Source of the DNA: Candidatus Omnitrophota bacterium
GTDB taxonomy: Bacteria; Omnitrophota; Gorgyraeia; Tantalellales; Tantalellaceae
Direction: 5' to 3'
Assembly: GCA_016783605.1 (NCBI GenBank)
Contig: JADHWG010000002.1
Location: 107-64,106 of the forward strand
Length of the DNA: 64,000 nt
Each line of letters opens with the position of its first letter. The first letter of the stretch is position 1. The translations under genes and the position numbers were made by a program. The notes beneath the pieces were generated by a model. It saw only the letters and a list, made by a program, of their open reading frames with translations. It was not told the DNA's origin and searched no databases. Of this stretch, positions 1-10,700 are shown piece after piece.

Positions 1-173
1 TTTTTAATTAGTGAAAGTGGAACGAAATGGGACCATGTTTGTAAATATTCATCCGTTAAAGTATCTATTAGCATTGCTTTATCTCTCTTTGATGTAGATT
101 TTTTTATCTTTATCATGCCGGCTAGTTTAGAAGTAATAGGGGGCATATCTGTTGCGCCATTTTTATCATACAT
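1..173 (-). CDS. Partial ORF running off the window edge, possibly the HepT-like partner of the MNT gene at 166-474
   Basis: ATG at 173-171 overlaps the upstream MNT stop codon by 8 nt (ATGTATGA), the same arrangement as the MNT/HepT pair at 60558-61387. It stays open for at least 57 codons to position 1. No motif is visible in the part present. Confidence 0.25.
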   Translation of the reverse strand, partial: MYDKNGATDMPPITSKLAGMIKIKKSTSKRDKAMLIDTLTDEYLQTWSHFVPLSLIK

Positions 174-474
174 AAACAGCCTCCTTGTCAATCCGCTTTT
201 TCAGAAAGGGATTCATTTTTTTTCTATAACTGACAATGTCGACTGTTGAATGAAAGTTTTCCTCTAAATCTTGTTTTATGCCGATGATGTCAAATAAATC
301 CTGTTTTGTTAGGCTGACAACAATATCGATATCGTTTTTGCCGTTGGTCGTATTTTTTGCAACCGAACCAAAAATGCCAATACGTTTTATGTGGTATTTG
401 TTCCGGTTCTCTTCTTTGAATTTTTTTAATCGTTTGATAATTATTTCCCGATTCACAGAGCACTCCTTTTCCAA
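166..474 (-). CDS. mnt: MNT-type nucleotidyltransferase (type II/VII TA antitoxin family)
   Basis: Track ORF of 102 aa. It carries the GIFGSVAKNT...NDIDIVVSL motif (GS-X9-13-DxD minimal nucleotidyltransferase signature). Confidence 0.7.
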   Translation of the reverse strand: MEKECSVNREIIIKRLKKFKEENRNKYHIKRIGIFGSVAKNTTNGKNDIDIVVSLTKQDLFDIIGIKQDLEENFHSTVDIVSYRKKMNPFLKKRIDKEAVYV

Positions 475-547
475 TTAAACATTTCGTATTGGTAGCAGTA
501 TAGCATATTAAAACGCCTTTTAAAAGGCGGCTTAAACTGTCTCCAAA

Positions 548-720
548 TCAACCTCGTGGGTCTGTCGCAAAACACCTTTTTCTGTCATCCTCGCGAATGC
601 GGGGATCTGTAACATAGTGTATTTCATAGGCTTATAGATCCCCGCATTCGCGAGGATGACATTTTGGGGGTATTTTGCGATAGCTCCCTCGTAGGTTGTG
701 AAACAACCTACGAGGTTGGT
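548..720. repeat. Palindromic element family P2, copy 1. The core is an inverted pair tgtcatcctcgcgaatgcggggatct (583-608) and agatccccgcattcgcgaggatgaca (636-661).
   Basis: Seen in sequence. The flanking imperfect inverted repeats gtctgtcgcaaaacacc and ggtattttgcgatagc, plus outer CCTCGTAGG/CCTACGAGG hairpins, make the whole 170-nt unit a nested palindrome. Track ORF 532-735(-) is a translation artefact of this element. Confidence 0.85.
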
Positions 721-804
721 TTCGGGGGCAGTCAAAAGAAATTCTTGACCTTATGGGTGGTTTTGCTGATAATGTGTGTTGTTTAAAACAGACAGGTGGA
801 TTTT

Positions 805-1422
805 ATGGGCAAGATCAAGGCGATATTTTTTGATTTGGGGAATGTTATTGTTAGGGTGAAACCGGAAGTTTTGGTTGAAGGATTCCAGAAGTGCGGAAGA
901 GTTGTGCCCGAGAGGGTTATTGATTATTTTATGGATTCGGATAACGTCAATAGGTATATGGAAGGGGAGATCTCTTCGTCGCAATTTTATTCCAAAACCC
1001 GCCGGTTTTTTAGGCTGGATATCAAATATCGTGAATTTTATGATTTATGGAACAAAGTTCTCGCGCCATATCCTGAAATGGAAGAGATCATCCGAGATCT
1101 CAAGAAAGATTATCCGGATATCAAGATGATACTTGTTTCCAACACCAACGAGGTTCATTATGACTTTGTGAGGGAAAAGTATAAGATACTGGATCTATTG
1201 GACGGGCATATTACCTCGCATGAAGAAGGTGTGCAGAAACCCGACCCCGAAATATTTGTCCGCGCGCTAAAACTCGCCGGCACGCTCCCGAAAGAGACCT
1301 TTTACACCGATGATCGCGAAGATCTAATAGATGCCGCCAGAGCAATGGGGATCCGAGCGTTTCAATTCCAAGATCACCACAAATTTCGAGCCCAATTAGC
1401 CAAATTCAATATAGAAATCTAA
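805..1422 (+). CDS. HAD-superfamily hydrolase (subfamily IA-like)
   Basis: Track ORF 796-1422. An ATG at 805 with an upstream AGGTGGA is the preferred start. The AIFFDLGNVIV N-terminal motif I (DxG) and the later SNTNE and K...D motifs are typical of HAD phosphatases. Confidence 0.8.
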   Translation: MGKIKAIFFDLGNVIVRVKPEVLVEGFQKCGRVVPERVIDYFMDSDNVNRYMEGEISSSQFYSKTRRFFRLDIKYREFYDLWNKVLAPYPEMEEIIRDLKKDYPDIKMILVSNTNEVHYDFVREKYKILDLLDGHITSHEEGVQKPDPEIFVRALKLAGTLPKETFYTDDREDLIDAARAMGIRAFQFQDHHKFRAQLAKFNIEI

Positions 1423-1430
1423 TTTACTCC

Positions 1431-1520
1431 AAATTCGTAAGGGCACGGCATGCCGTGCCCTTATGCGATCGGTGATTTGTGTGACATAAAGGGCACGGCA
1501 TGCCGTGCCCCTACGAAGTT
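1431..1520. repeat. Compound palindrome of about 90 nt containing two perfect 20-nt palindromes GGGCACGGCATGCCGTGCCC (1441-1460 and 1491-1510)
   Basis: Seen in sequence. The outer arms cgtaagggcacggcatgccgtgcccttatg and cataaagggcacggcatgccgtgcccctacg are reverse complements. The same 20-mer recurs at 43042-43061. The related GGGCACATGCAATGTGCCC recurs at 12678, 38573, 38644 and 42928. Confidence 0.85.
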
Positions 1521-1574
1521 GGAGTGTTGTGGAAGCTGTCACGTTAAGCTTCAAAAAAGGTAGAAAGTATTGAA

Positions 1575-1603
1575 TTGACTGCTTTCCCCATTAGTGATAG
1601 AAT
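1575..1603 (+). promoter_or_regulatory. Sigma70-like promoter (TTGACT-17-TAGAAT) about 140 nt upstream of giant gene 1
   Basis: Read directly: ttgact gctttccccattagtga tagaat. It has the same architecture as the promoters at 34351 and 43530. Confidence 0.5.
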
Positions 1604-1745
1604 AAGTCTTCGTTATGTTAGCCGTTTAAAAATGTAAATACTCCACCACCAACCTACGAGGTTGGTGGTGGGGGTTGGGTTGTTCGTAGGGGCGGGCCTT
1701 GTGTCCGCACGTTAATAATTATAATTTTTTTAGGAGGGAATTGAT

Positions 1746-4700
1746 ATGGGTAATTTTCGAGGGAAATTTTATGTGAAAGCTATCGCGGCGGTTGTCGCGG
1801 CGATCTTTTTGCATCAGCAAATCGCGTGGGCTCAAGGAGGGGCGGCTCCGGCGGCTATGCCTCCGGCGGCGCGCGTGAGTGAAAATGTTGGTGCCGGTCA
1901 AGTGGGGACCGATGTGTGTGACATTGATCTTCCTTACAATCTCGCGCATAGGGATGAAGTTTATACCGGCGCGCGCGAGGAAAAAATAATTCATCTTCAG
2001 GACGCGCATGCTTCGCTCAGCGCGCAGTATTCGCTGGTGAATCTTTTAGACGTTTTAGCGAAAAATTATGACCTTGAATTTATCGCGCTTGAGGGGACTG
2101 AGGGGGTTATTGACACGTCTCTATTAAAAAGTTTTCCGGATAAAGATATTAGAGAAAAAACCGCTGACCTTCTTATGCGGGAAGGGCGGATGAGCGCGGG
2201 TGAGTTTTTTCAAATAACTCGTGACGAAAAAAATATAATGCTCTGTGGAGTCGAGGATAACGAGCTGTATAAAGAGAATCTTGATGGGTTTTGCCAAGTG
2301 ATCGAACAGAGAGAGCCTCTGGTTAAAATGGTGAAGGCGTTTAGAGGGCAAATAGACGCGCTTGAAGAAAAAGTGTATTCGGACGAACTTAGAACGTTCA
2401 TATATAGAGGAAGGGCGCATAAAAACGGGACATTAAACTTTTCCGATTATTGGCGAGAAATGAGCCCGTTTCTTGAGAAATTCGGTATTGAAACCGGCAC
2501 TTTACGTGATATGCCTCTTCTTACCCAATCAATTGAGCTCGAAAGAAAAATAGATTTTGAAAAAGCGAATACCGAAAGAGGCGACCTCATAAGTGACTTA
2601 ACGGGCCGCCTTGAAAAAGACGAATTAAAAGCGCTAGTTCTGGAATCGGTTAATTTTAAGGAACAAAAAGTTTCACCCGCGAATTTTCATAAATATCTTG
2701 AAGAGCTTGCCAGAGAAAACAATATATCCCTCTCAGCGTACAAAAATTTCAGCATGTTCACCGAATACATATCGCTTTACGAATCCGTAGACATATTTAA
2801 TCTCTACAGTGAAGTGGAATCTCTCGAGAAAACTATTCGAGGAAAACTGTACAGAAATGAAGATGAACGCGAGCTGAATAAAATATCCGTTATGACGGAA
2901 CTTCTCCGTGGGCTATACAGCATAGAACTTTCATCGCGCGATTTCGGGTTTTTCGAAGAAACCCGCGAAAAATACGACGCGAAAAAGTTTGCCGCGTTTA
3001 TAAAAGACAAATGCGCTAAGCATAAGGTAACGATTGAAAAAGGATACGATCTTGCCGAGATGCTCGGGGGAATAAACTCCGCCGCCAACTTTTATGAAAC
3101 CGCCGCGAAGCGCGATCGGCTCATGATCCAAAATACGCTGAAACGCATGAAAAGTGAGAAAAAACGTGTCGCGGCGCTTATTACGGGAGGTTATCACACA
3201 AAAGGTCTCACCGAAATAATGAAAGAAAACAAACTTTCATACCTTATCATATCTCCGAAATTTGAAAAAGACGAAGAAAGGCCCTATGTCGCCGTTCTTA
3301 CCGGCAAAAAGAAACCTTACGAGGAGCTTCTAGAATCCGGAAAATACCAGATAATGGCGGCGGCGTGGAACAATCCTAATGACACCCCGGAAAGTCAGAT
3401 TTCAAAAACTGAGGAAATAGTGGCTTTAACCCGGGCAATAAACGATATGACTCAGGAAGACTGGGAAAATAACGGCGAGGAATGGAAAGGTTCGTTTTGT
3501 CCCGGTTCTTCTGTTGAAATTTTTAATGAGGATAAATTTAAAGAACTAATCGAGACTGTGGAAGGAAGAGAAATAGATGGCGCTGTTGTTACGGGATATA
3601 AGGGCGGTGAGCCGCGCGTCGCGCTAAAGCTTAATGAAAAATCCGAGATTCAACGAGTAGAAATTACCGAAAAACACAAGAGAATCTGGGAAAAACGTAC
3701 TGGTAATATTATGCTACATGTGAACCAAGTTTTTTCGATGACAAAATTAAAAACAGAGAGTGACATAGCGGAGTCAGTGGGCAATAAAATCGATAATCCG
3801 ACAATAGATACAGAATGGCAAAAGAGGAATATGATCATACATCCGGCTTTGGTGATTTCGGAAGAAAATATAAACAATACCATCGATCGGATGAGACCCA
3901 CTGTCATAGGGGTGGGACAAGATGAAAATGCGGAACAGAAAAGAATAACCGAAGAAATAAAAAGAGTGCTCAAAATAAAAGGAATTAATGAGGCAGAATT
4001 AAAAGATAAAATCGTTAAGAAATTTATAAACGCGGCTATGGAAGAGCTTAAGAGAAGGAATGAATCTAATCAAACGCCGAACCAAGATGAGCCTTTTGTT
4101 TTGACGTTAGAGAAGATAGAGAAGATTTGCCAAAGTTTAAGGGATGAAGCAGATAGTAGCTCAGTTGGACAGAATCCAGATGACCTGCGTAAGAAAGTAG
4201 AAAGAGCATTTATGGAAATGGGAGCTACGGAAGCATTTCTTAAAAGCGGCGCTGTCGAGAAACAGATACAACTATTAATGAAGATGATCGAGAAAAAAGA
4301 CGAGAAGAGTAACCCTAACGAGGCGAATTCGATATTTGCAAAGCTTGTTTCCAAAGATGAGGCATATTGGAACAATGTCGAAGAAGATATAAAGGGATAT
4401 CAAAAAGAATATAACACTACATATGTGAAAACTTCAAAACCATCAATATTTGAGCAATCTGAATTGGAGCAAACTGAAATAGATTTGGTTCGGGTAGTAA
4501 AAAAAGAAGAGAAGCTTGGGCTTGTTGATAATTCCTTGGTAGATTTTTTTAAAAAACTAAAAGATATGGAATCGGATAACGTATCTACTGAAGCACCGGA
4601 TCAAGTTAAGACGCCGCCTGCCGAGTTTGAAATTAAAGATCATGAAATAGGCTCCCGCGCGTATCCAAAATCAACCAAATTTGTAACAAATGAACCCACC

Positions 4701-7700
4701 CAGACTCAAGAAGATCCGATTGAATCCAAAGACATAAAAAAATCGTTCATGGAAAAAATCGAAGCTCAACTTGTGAGAATGACTTTTACGGCAACGATAT
4801 TTACCGCGCTCATGTTGATAATACTGCGGGGTGTAACACATAATCGAGCCAAAAAGGAAGAAGAGTACGCACCTCTAGTGGTACAAAAAAAAGAATCTGA
4901 CGAAAAATCGGTGGATGAGGCTGACGCTGTGACGGTTAAAAAAGACAACTTTATAAAATCAATTCCGGGAAAAATCGTAAAGTTTATAAAAGACAAAGCC
5001 AATTTGGTTATAAGGCATAAAAATCTGATCATAATGATGTTTGTATCTATCGGTTCGATCGCGGCGATTGCAAACGCGGAGTCTTTTGGATTTGTTCAAA
5101 CGATAGAAAGAGTGTCATCAACACCTCTATTCGCGACGTCAACATTTGGGATGGTAGAACTCATGATGGTGGTGGGGGCCGTAGCTCTCACTGTCTGGGT
5201 GTTTTTGAGTTTGGGCAAAGGAGAAATAGGCGCGGAAAGAAGATTACCTATTATTGAGATACTTCGCAAAGAAACCTGCAAGCTAGATATTATTGTTGCG
5301 GGAGTTTTCGCGTATCAGACCATTATTCAATATATGGCGGACGGTGCTTTTACGAAAGGCGTGTTCCTTTTTGCGATAGCAACTGCCGCTCTTATTTTTT
5401 CCGTATGGACATTCATAAAAGATGGACTGCTTGTAAAAACGGCGGGTGTGGAAAATAGAGAAACAAAGATGATAGAAGGAGATTTGAAATCTGGTGCTGT
5501 TGTAATGACAGTTACAAAAAAAGTTGAGGATGTTCCAGTTGCGGAAGTAACGAGTCGAAAAAAATTACTTTTTGTGCAAAGCAAAAATTGGTTAAAAAGC
5601 AAATTTGCGTTAGCTAAAAAATATAAAGACCTGATATCAGCTCTGTTCGTTTCTTCAATAATAGGCTTAGTGTCAATATCGCAGGCATATGACGGGAGTA
5701 TTGGGTTGAGTCCTTCTTCGATTATGGCGATGGCGGTGTTGTCCGGTTGTACAATAGGTGCGCTGGTATTTTTAATAAGAAGCTTAGATAAAACAAAAAA
5801 AATTAGTGATAAAAAAAACGCTTCTGTAGAAATTCCAAAGATAAGAAATTTCAAAGAATTAAAAGGATACGCGGGAATAAGCATTGTAACTTCGGCGATG
5901 ACGCTTTTAATTGGATATTTTCACAAACCGCTTTGGCAGATATGCTTGGATCTTCCAATGAAACATGAAATATTAGGTTCAATAACGGTTGGAGCGGGAC
6001 TTTTAACAAGCGCGGTCGTGGCGGGAATCGCGATATGGTTTACGTGGATTACACTAGACGCCGCAATACCCATGGGGCTTAAAAAAGCCGGTTCTTTTGT
6101 TAAGGGCATATTCCGTTTTGTAAAGACGTATTTTAGCGTGTTTATTGGGACAGTGTTTGCCGGGACATTGTGGTCGACGGTTGCGCGGGCGGTAAACAAT
6201 TCTGCGAATGTCGTAAGTATATTTGATGTGACCCAAGGAACAAAATTTAGTGTGATTATTCGATCGATACCGCGTAACGTGATCGTGCCGTTCGCTATTG
6301 TGATGATGACGGTTATTACGGCTGTATGGATATTTTCTGCGATTGTAAAGGCGGTTCGTTTGTATAGAGCACAGGAGAGAGGAAAAGTATCCGAAGAAGA
6401 AGTAGGAGAAATTAAGAAAAAACAGAACCGTTTTAATATTCAGGTATTTTCCAATATGGCGTTAATTCTTATCAGTTTTTTTGCGGCAAATAATGTGTCT
6501 TTGACCATGGAATACGCGCTTGTAATTATCCCTTTTGCTATTTTGGGACTATGCGTATATTCAATATATTCCGCGATACATTTTGTGTGCAAGCTTGTGC
6601 AGGATTACAGGAAACCATTAACGGAGCAGAAAAAATCGGAGCGGAAAAACAAAAAGCGGAGCTCAAAAGGAGAGGTTAAAATTTCTCTTCTTACGGGTAT
6701 GGTTTTTATGTTTATCGTGCTTGCTATAGGATGCATAACGCCGAAGGTTAATACAAAATCGGTTTTGGATAAAAGTGTGGCAAAAACGAAGATGGCGGAG
6801 ACGGTTGGGACGCAGAAAATGGATGATTCTAAAAAAATGGTGCCGCGAACAGAAACTGAACCGAAAAAGAAAGAAATTAAGATATGCGGGAATACACCGA
6901 ACGTGCATGACGCGGCGTGTGATGTCATAATACTCAACCCGAGTTATGGCGCGGTACAGGATGAGTGGCCGGATGAGATTTATTTTGATTATTGGGGAGA
7001 CATTACGGGGTATGAGGTTGAAATTATTTTTACGGAACTAGGAAAAAGAGAAAACACAAGAATTGAAATTTTCTTAAAAAACAAGAAATACATCAATATG
7101 AGTTCGGGTGCGGTAACGCCGGATAAAGATGGCGTAGTCAGGTGGAACCCGGCGGCTGTTGAGGGATGGCTTTTCAGAAAGTCAATGGCAAAGGCAAAAG
7201 CGAAATTTATAAAAAATAACGCGGCAATAAGTATTAAATTTCGAGGTATGGACGCGGAAGAGGGGGAAGATCATATAGAAGAAATCCGGTTTGTCAGGAA
7301 AGAAGTTAATAAGTCAAAAGGTGTATCTCGTTCGAAATTATTCACATGGGCGCCGATAATCGCGCTGACTTCATTTATTACGGGGTCGGGGATATTTAAC
7401 ACGGCGCTTGCGGGGGCGGCGGGGCTTGGCTGGATGAATGAGATTGAGGCTATTGCCGTGTCATCTCCATGGGGTGGATTGAGTCTAATGTGTTTATTGT
7501 TTGGGGCTATGTTAGCCGGCGCGGGGGCAATAGCATATATTTTTACCAATCTCTTGAACCTCTTTTCTTCGGAAATGGAAGGAAAAACTCTGCTTAAGGT
7601 GAGTCTGATCTGGATGGTATCAACCGGAGCAATCTTAGGATTATTGGCGAAAATCGGATCGATCGCAATCTGGGTAAACCGGTTTTTTGTTGGTGATATG

Positions 7701-10700
7701 CTTATGTCCTCCGGACTTACGACTATCGGAATGTCGACACTTTTAATCGCGCTCTTTGGGACGGCAATGATATCCGCAGGGTTGGTAATGAAAGGGACGC
7801 ATGATGTGTACTTTCAAAATAAAAAACGTGCTGAGGTGATATTTTCAAGCTTGGGCAGTGCGGCGGGGAGCGGGGTGTTGTATGTTCTGGCGCGCAATTG
7901 GCGGTTAATCGGTAATGCTTTGGAGGTGCTTGTGGTCGGAGGCCCGGCTAATATCGTTTTCGCCGTGGTTATCACGGTTGGCGGTTCCATAGGCACTGTA
8001 CTGTTTGCCGTTGCGACACTTGTGGCTATATCAAAAACGTGGTTTAAACTTGGGGAATTATCTGCCGAGAGAAAGCGTTCGGGTACGGCGCTTTTTACCG
8101 TTATAATGCTCATATTCGGTATTATGTTTTGTTGGGTTCCGGGAGTTGGGGCTAGTGGCGAAAAACCGGAAGATTTACCGGCGGTGAAATATACGGAGCC
8201 GAGAACTCCGGGGAATTATGTAGAACCGCGAGTGCCGGGGATCTATGTAGAACCGCGAACGCCGGGGACTTTTTCCGCGGCGCCGGATTCGGTAACTCCG
8301 AGAACAGATGTCGGGACGGATGAAGAAATTATACCTTTAACGGGGTGGTATCCGGAAACTTACGACGACAGTCAGGGGATTGTTGACGTTTATTGCGGCG
8401 AAGACGGAATATTGAAAATAGTCGCCGATATGAGAGGGCAGGATGATTATAGGCGTCAAGGTGAGGTTTACCGTAATCTTGATGAAGCAACAGATTTTAC
8501 CGGTAAAAAAGAAAGTTTTAAGGTTCGTGTGCCTGAAAAATACGCTTTGAATCAGGAGAATGGTGTCGTGCCGTATATGATGGATGTGAACGGGAATAAG
8601 CAATACGCGGATAGGGTGAAAATTACGCGAGCCGGGGAATGGGTAACTGTCGAGATGGTTCCTATGCCGTATGGGCGCACGCGGTTGAAAGGAAATGCGG
8701 GGAGATTCAAGTGGACGGATCCCGGGTTTGATCCTTCTCTTGGGATAACAAGGGTGGGTATAAAGTTTGTTATTGATGAGAAAAGTACGGATACGTTTAT
8801 TTCGGAGAATCCGGATGGGACTGTCAAAGACGGTTATATTGAAGTTGCGGATATCAGGATCGTGCCGATGGAAGGTGTTGTTCATGAGGCCGAATGGCAG
8901 AATGTTTATAGAGACGAGCCGATTGTTGTTCCGGCAGTAGACGCGGGGACGTTTGTCGCAAATTCAGGGGTGTCTCTTTATCTAAAGACGTATGAACGGG
9001 CAATAGGGACACCTGACGGTGTAACTGCGCATTATGAAGAAACTTTGAATGAATTCAAAAAATTAGCATCACGGGGAGTTAAAAAGGCGAGAATACTTCT
9101 GTGTATAGGATCAAAAAATACAAGCGGGATAGAATTTGATGATAACGATATGCCGATTGGGTTTAAAGATTTTGAAGGAGAGGACCTTAGCGGAGAAGAA
9201 CTTGCGATACTTGATTTTGCAAATCTGATAAGAATCGGTACGGAGACGGATATAGAAATGGCATTAGTTTTGCACAATAAAGATATTACGGAAGCACATC
9301 CCGGTGTTTTTGGCGATGAGGAGAAACGGGCGGCGTTAGTTGCTCTTGACAAGATCCTGCTTGATGGAGCGAAAGAAATGTTGGAGGAAGATGTTTGGGA
9401 ATATTTTGAATATGGGGAAGCACTGAATGAACCGGATGACGCAGGAACACATTCCTGGTATACCCAGGAATTCGTAAAGGCAGAGAATAAAATGATTAGG
9501 GACGATATCGGAAAACCCGTGACTCTCGGTCCGGCAAAAAGAGAACATATAGGTAACTGGCTCCTTTCGGATTCGGAGATGCTTAAACCAGGAGATATGT
9601 TCCAGATTCACGTATATAACGATAATCTTGATGAACTTCTCGCGGAGCTCAGGAGAAACATAGGTGAATTTGAGTGGCCGGAAGGTGTAACGATTTGTTT
9701 TGGTGAAGCGCAGGGGAATATCGGATCAGATTCAGTTATATCTGAAGCGTTTCCTGCCGCGCATAGATCCGGTGCGAAAAGAATATATTTTTGGCGTGAC
9801 AACCGGCTCTCTCCGAAATATACGGTGGATGAGGATGAATATCAAAGTACCGCACAATACATGATGAGCGCGGATTATGATACTGATGTGCCGGATGAAG
9901 TGGATGATACCGAACTACCTATAGCTCGTGCCGCTGTTAGCGATCAGACAGTAGATGAAGGTGTAGAGATAATCTTTAACGCCGGCGAGTCAACTGATGA
10001 AGGTGGAGAAATAGAAACTTTCAGTTGGGATTTTGACGATTATGATGGCATACAGGAAGACGCGGGTACGGTAACGGCAACACACACCTACGATGAACCA
10101 GGAGTTTACTTGGTAACTTTAACCGTAACTGATACCGCGGGAAATTCCGGAACGGATACCTTAACGATAACAGTGAATGAAGCTGTCGTGGATGACGATA
10201 CGGATGTAACGAATGAGACGGACGTGGATGTGACAGATGAGACGGACGAAGGTGTGACGGATGAGACGGACGGGGATGTGACAGACAAAGCTGACGATAC
10301 GGATACAAATAAAGACGACGTTGATAAACCCGGAAGTACGCTTGATACTTCTGACGGAGGGTGTTATATCGGTACAGCGTGGTTTAATGATAAATCTGAT
10401 AAATCGAAAGATATGAAACGTGAAAACACCCCGGGCGCGGAAGTGCTTGCGCGTGAAGGCGTGGGAAATACGCTTTTTGATAAGGTGATAAATTGGTGGG
10501 AGGGTTTAAAAACTTCGGTTAAAAAGCATTTTAACTTGGTTGTTATGATAATGTTTGGAGGAGCGCTTTTCTCGACTATCGCGCGTGCGGGAGAGCCGGG
10601 TGCTTTTGGGGAGGTGACAAAACAGCTTTTCGCGGTGTCGACGTTCGGGAAAGTGGAACTTGCGGTGGCGTCTCTTTCCGCCGCTGTCGCGATTGTAACT

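Noticed and set aside
532-735. Track ORF 532-735(-) and the similar ORFs 13317-13526(+), 14503-14685(-), 22927-23247(+), 23037-23240(-), 23068-23268(-), 24516-24938(-), 43007-43231(+) and 43080-43364(+)
   Set aside because: Each lies entirely within a palindromic repeat element. Their translations are repeat artefacts (for example [25 protein letters not shown]). They have no RBS and are not conserved between copies as protein.
5327-5884. Long antisense ORFs inside the giant genes (for example 5327-5884, 8337-8885, 20982-21515, 50463-50978, 51813-52271, all minus strand)
   Set aside because: These are shadow ORFs opposite strongly coding + strand sequence. The plus-strand frames carry recognisable domains and the compositional bias explains the open antisense frames.
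10021-10308. Track ORF 10021-10308(-), with an HPRPSHPSHLRPSH repeat protein
   Set aside because: It is the antisense reading of the in-frame VTDETD coding repeats of giant gene 1.
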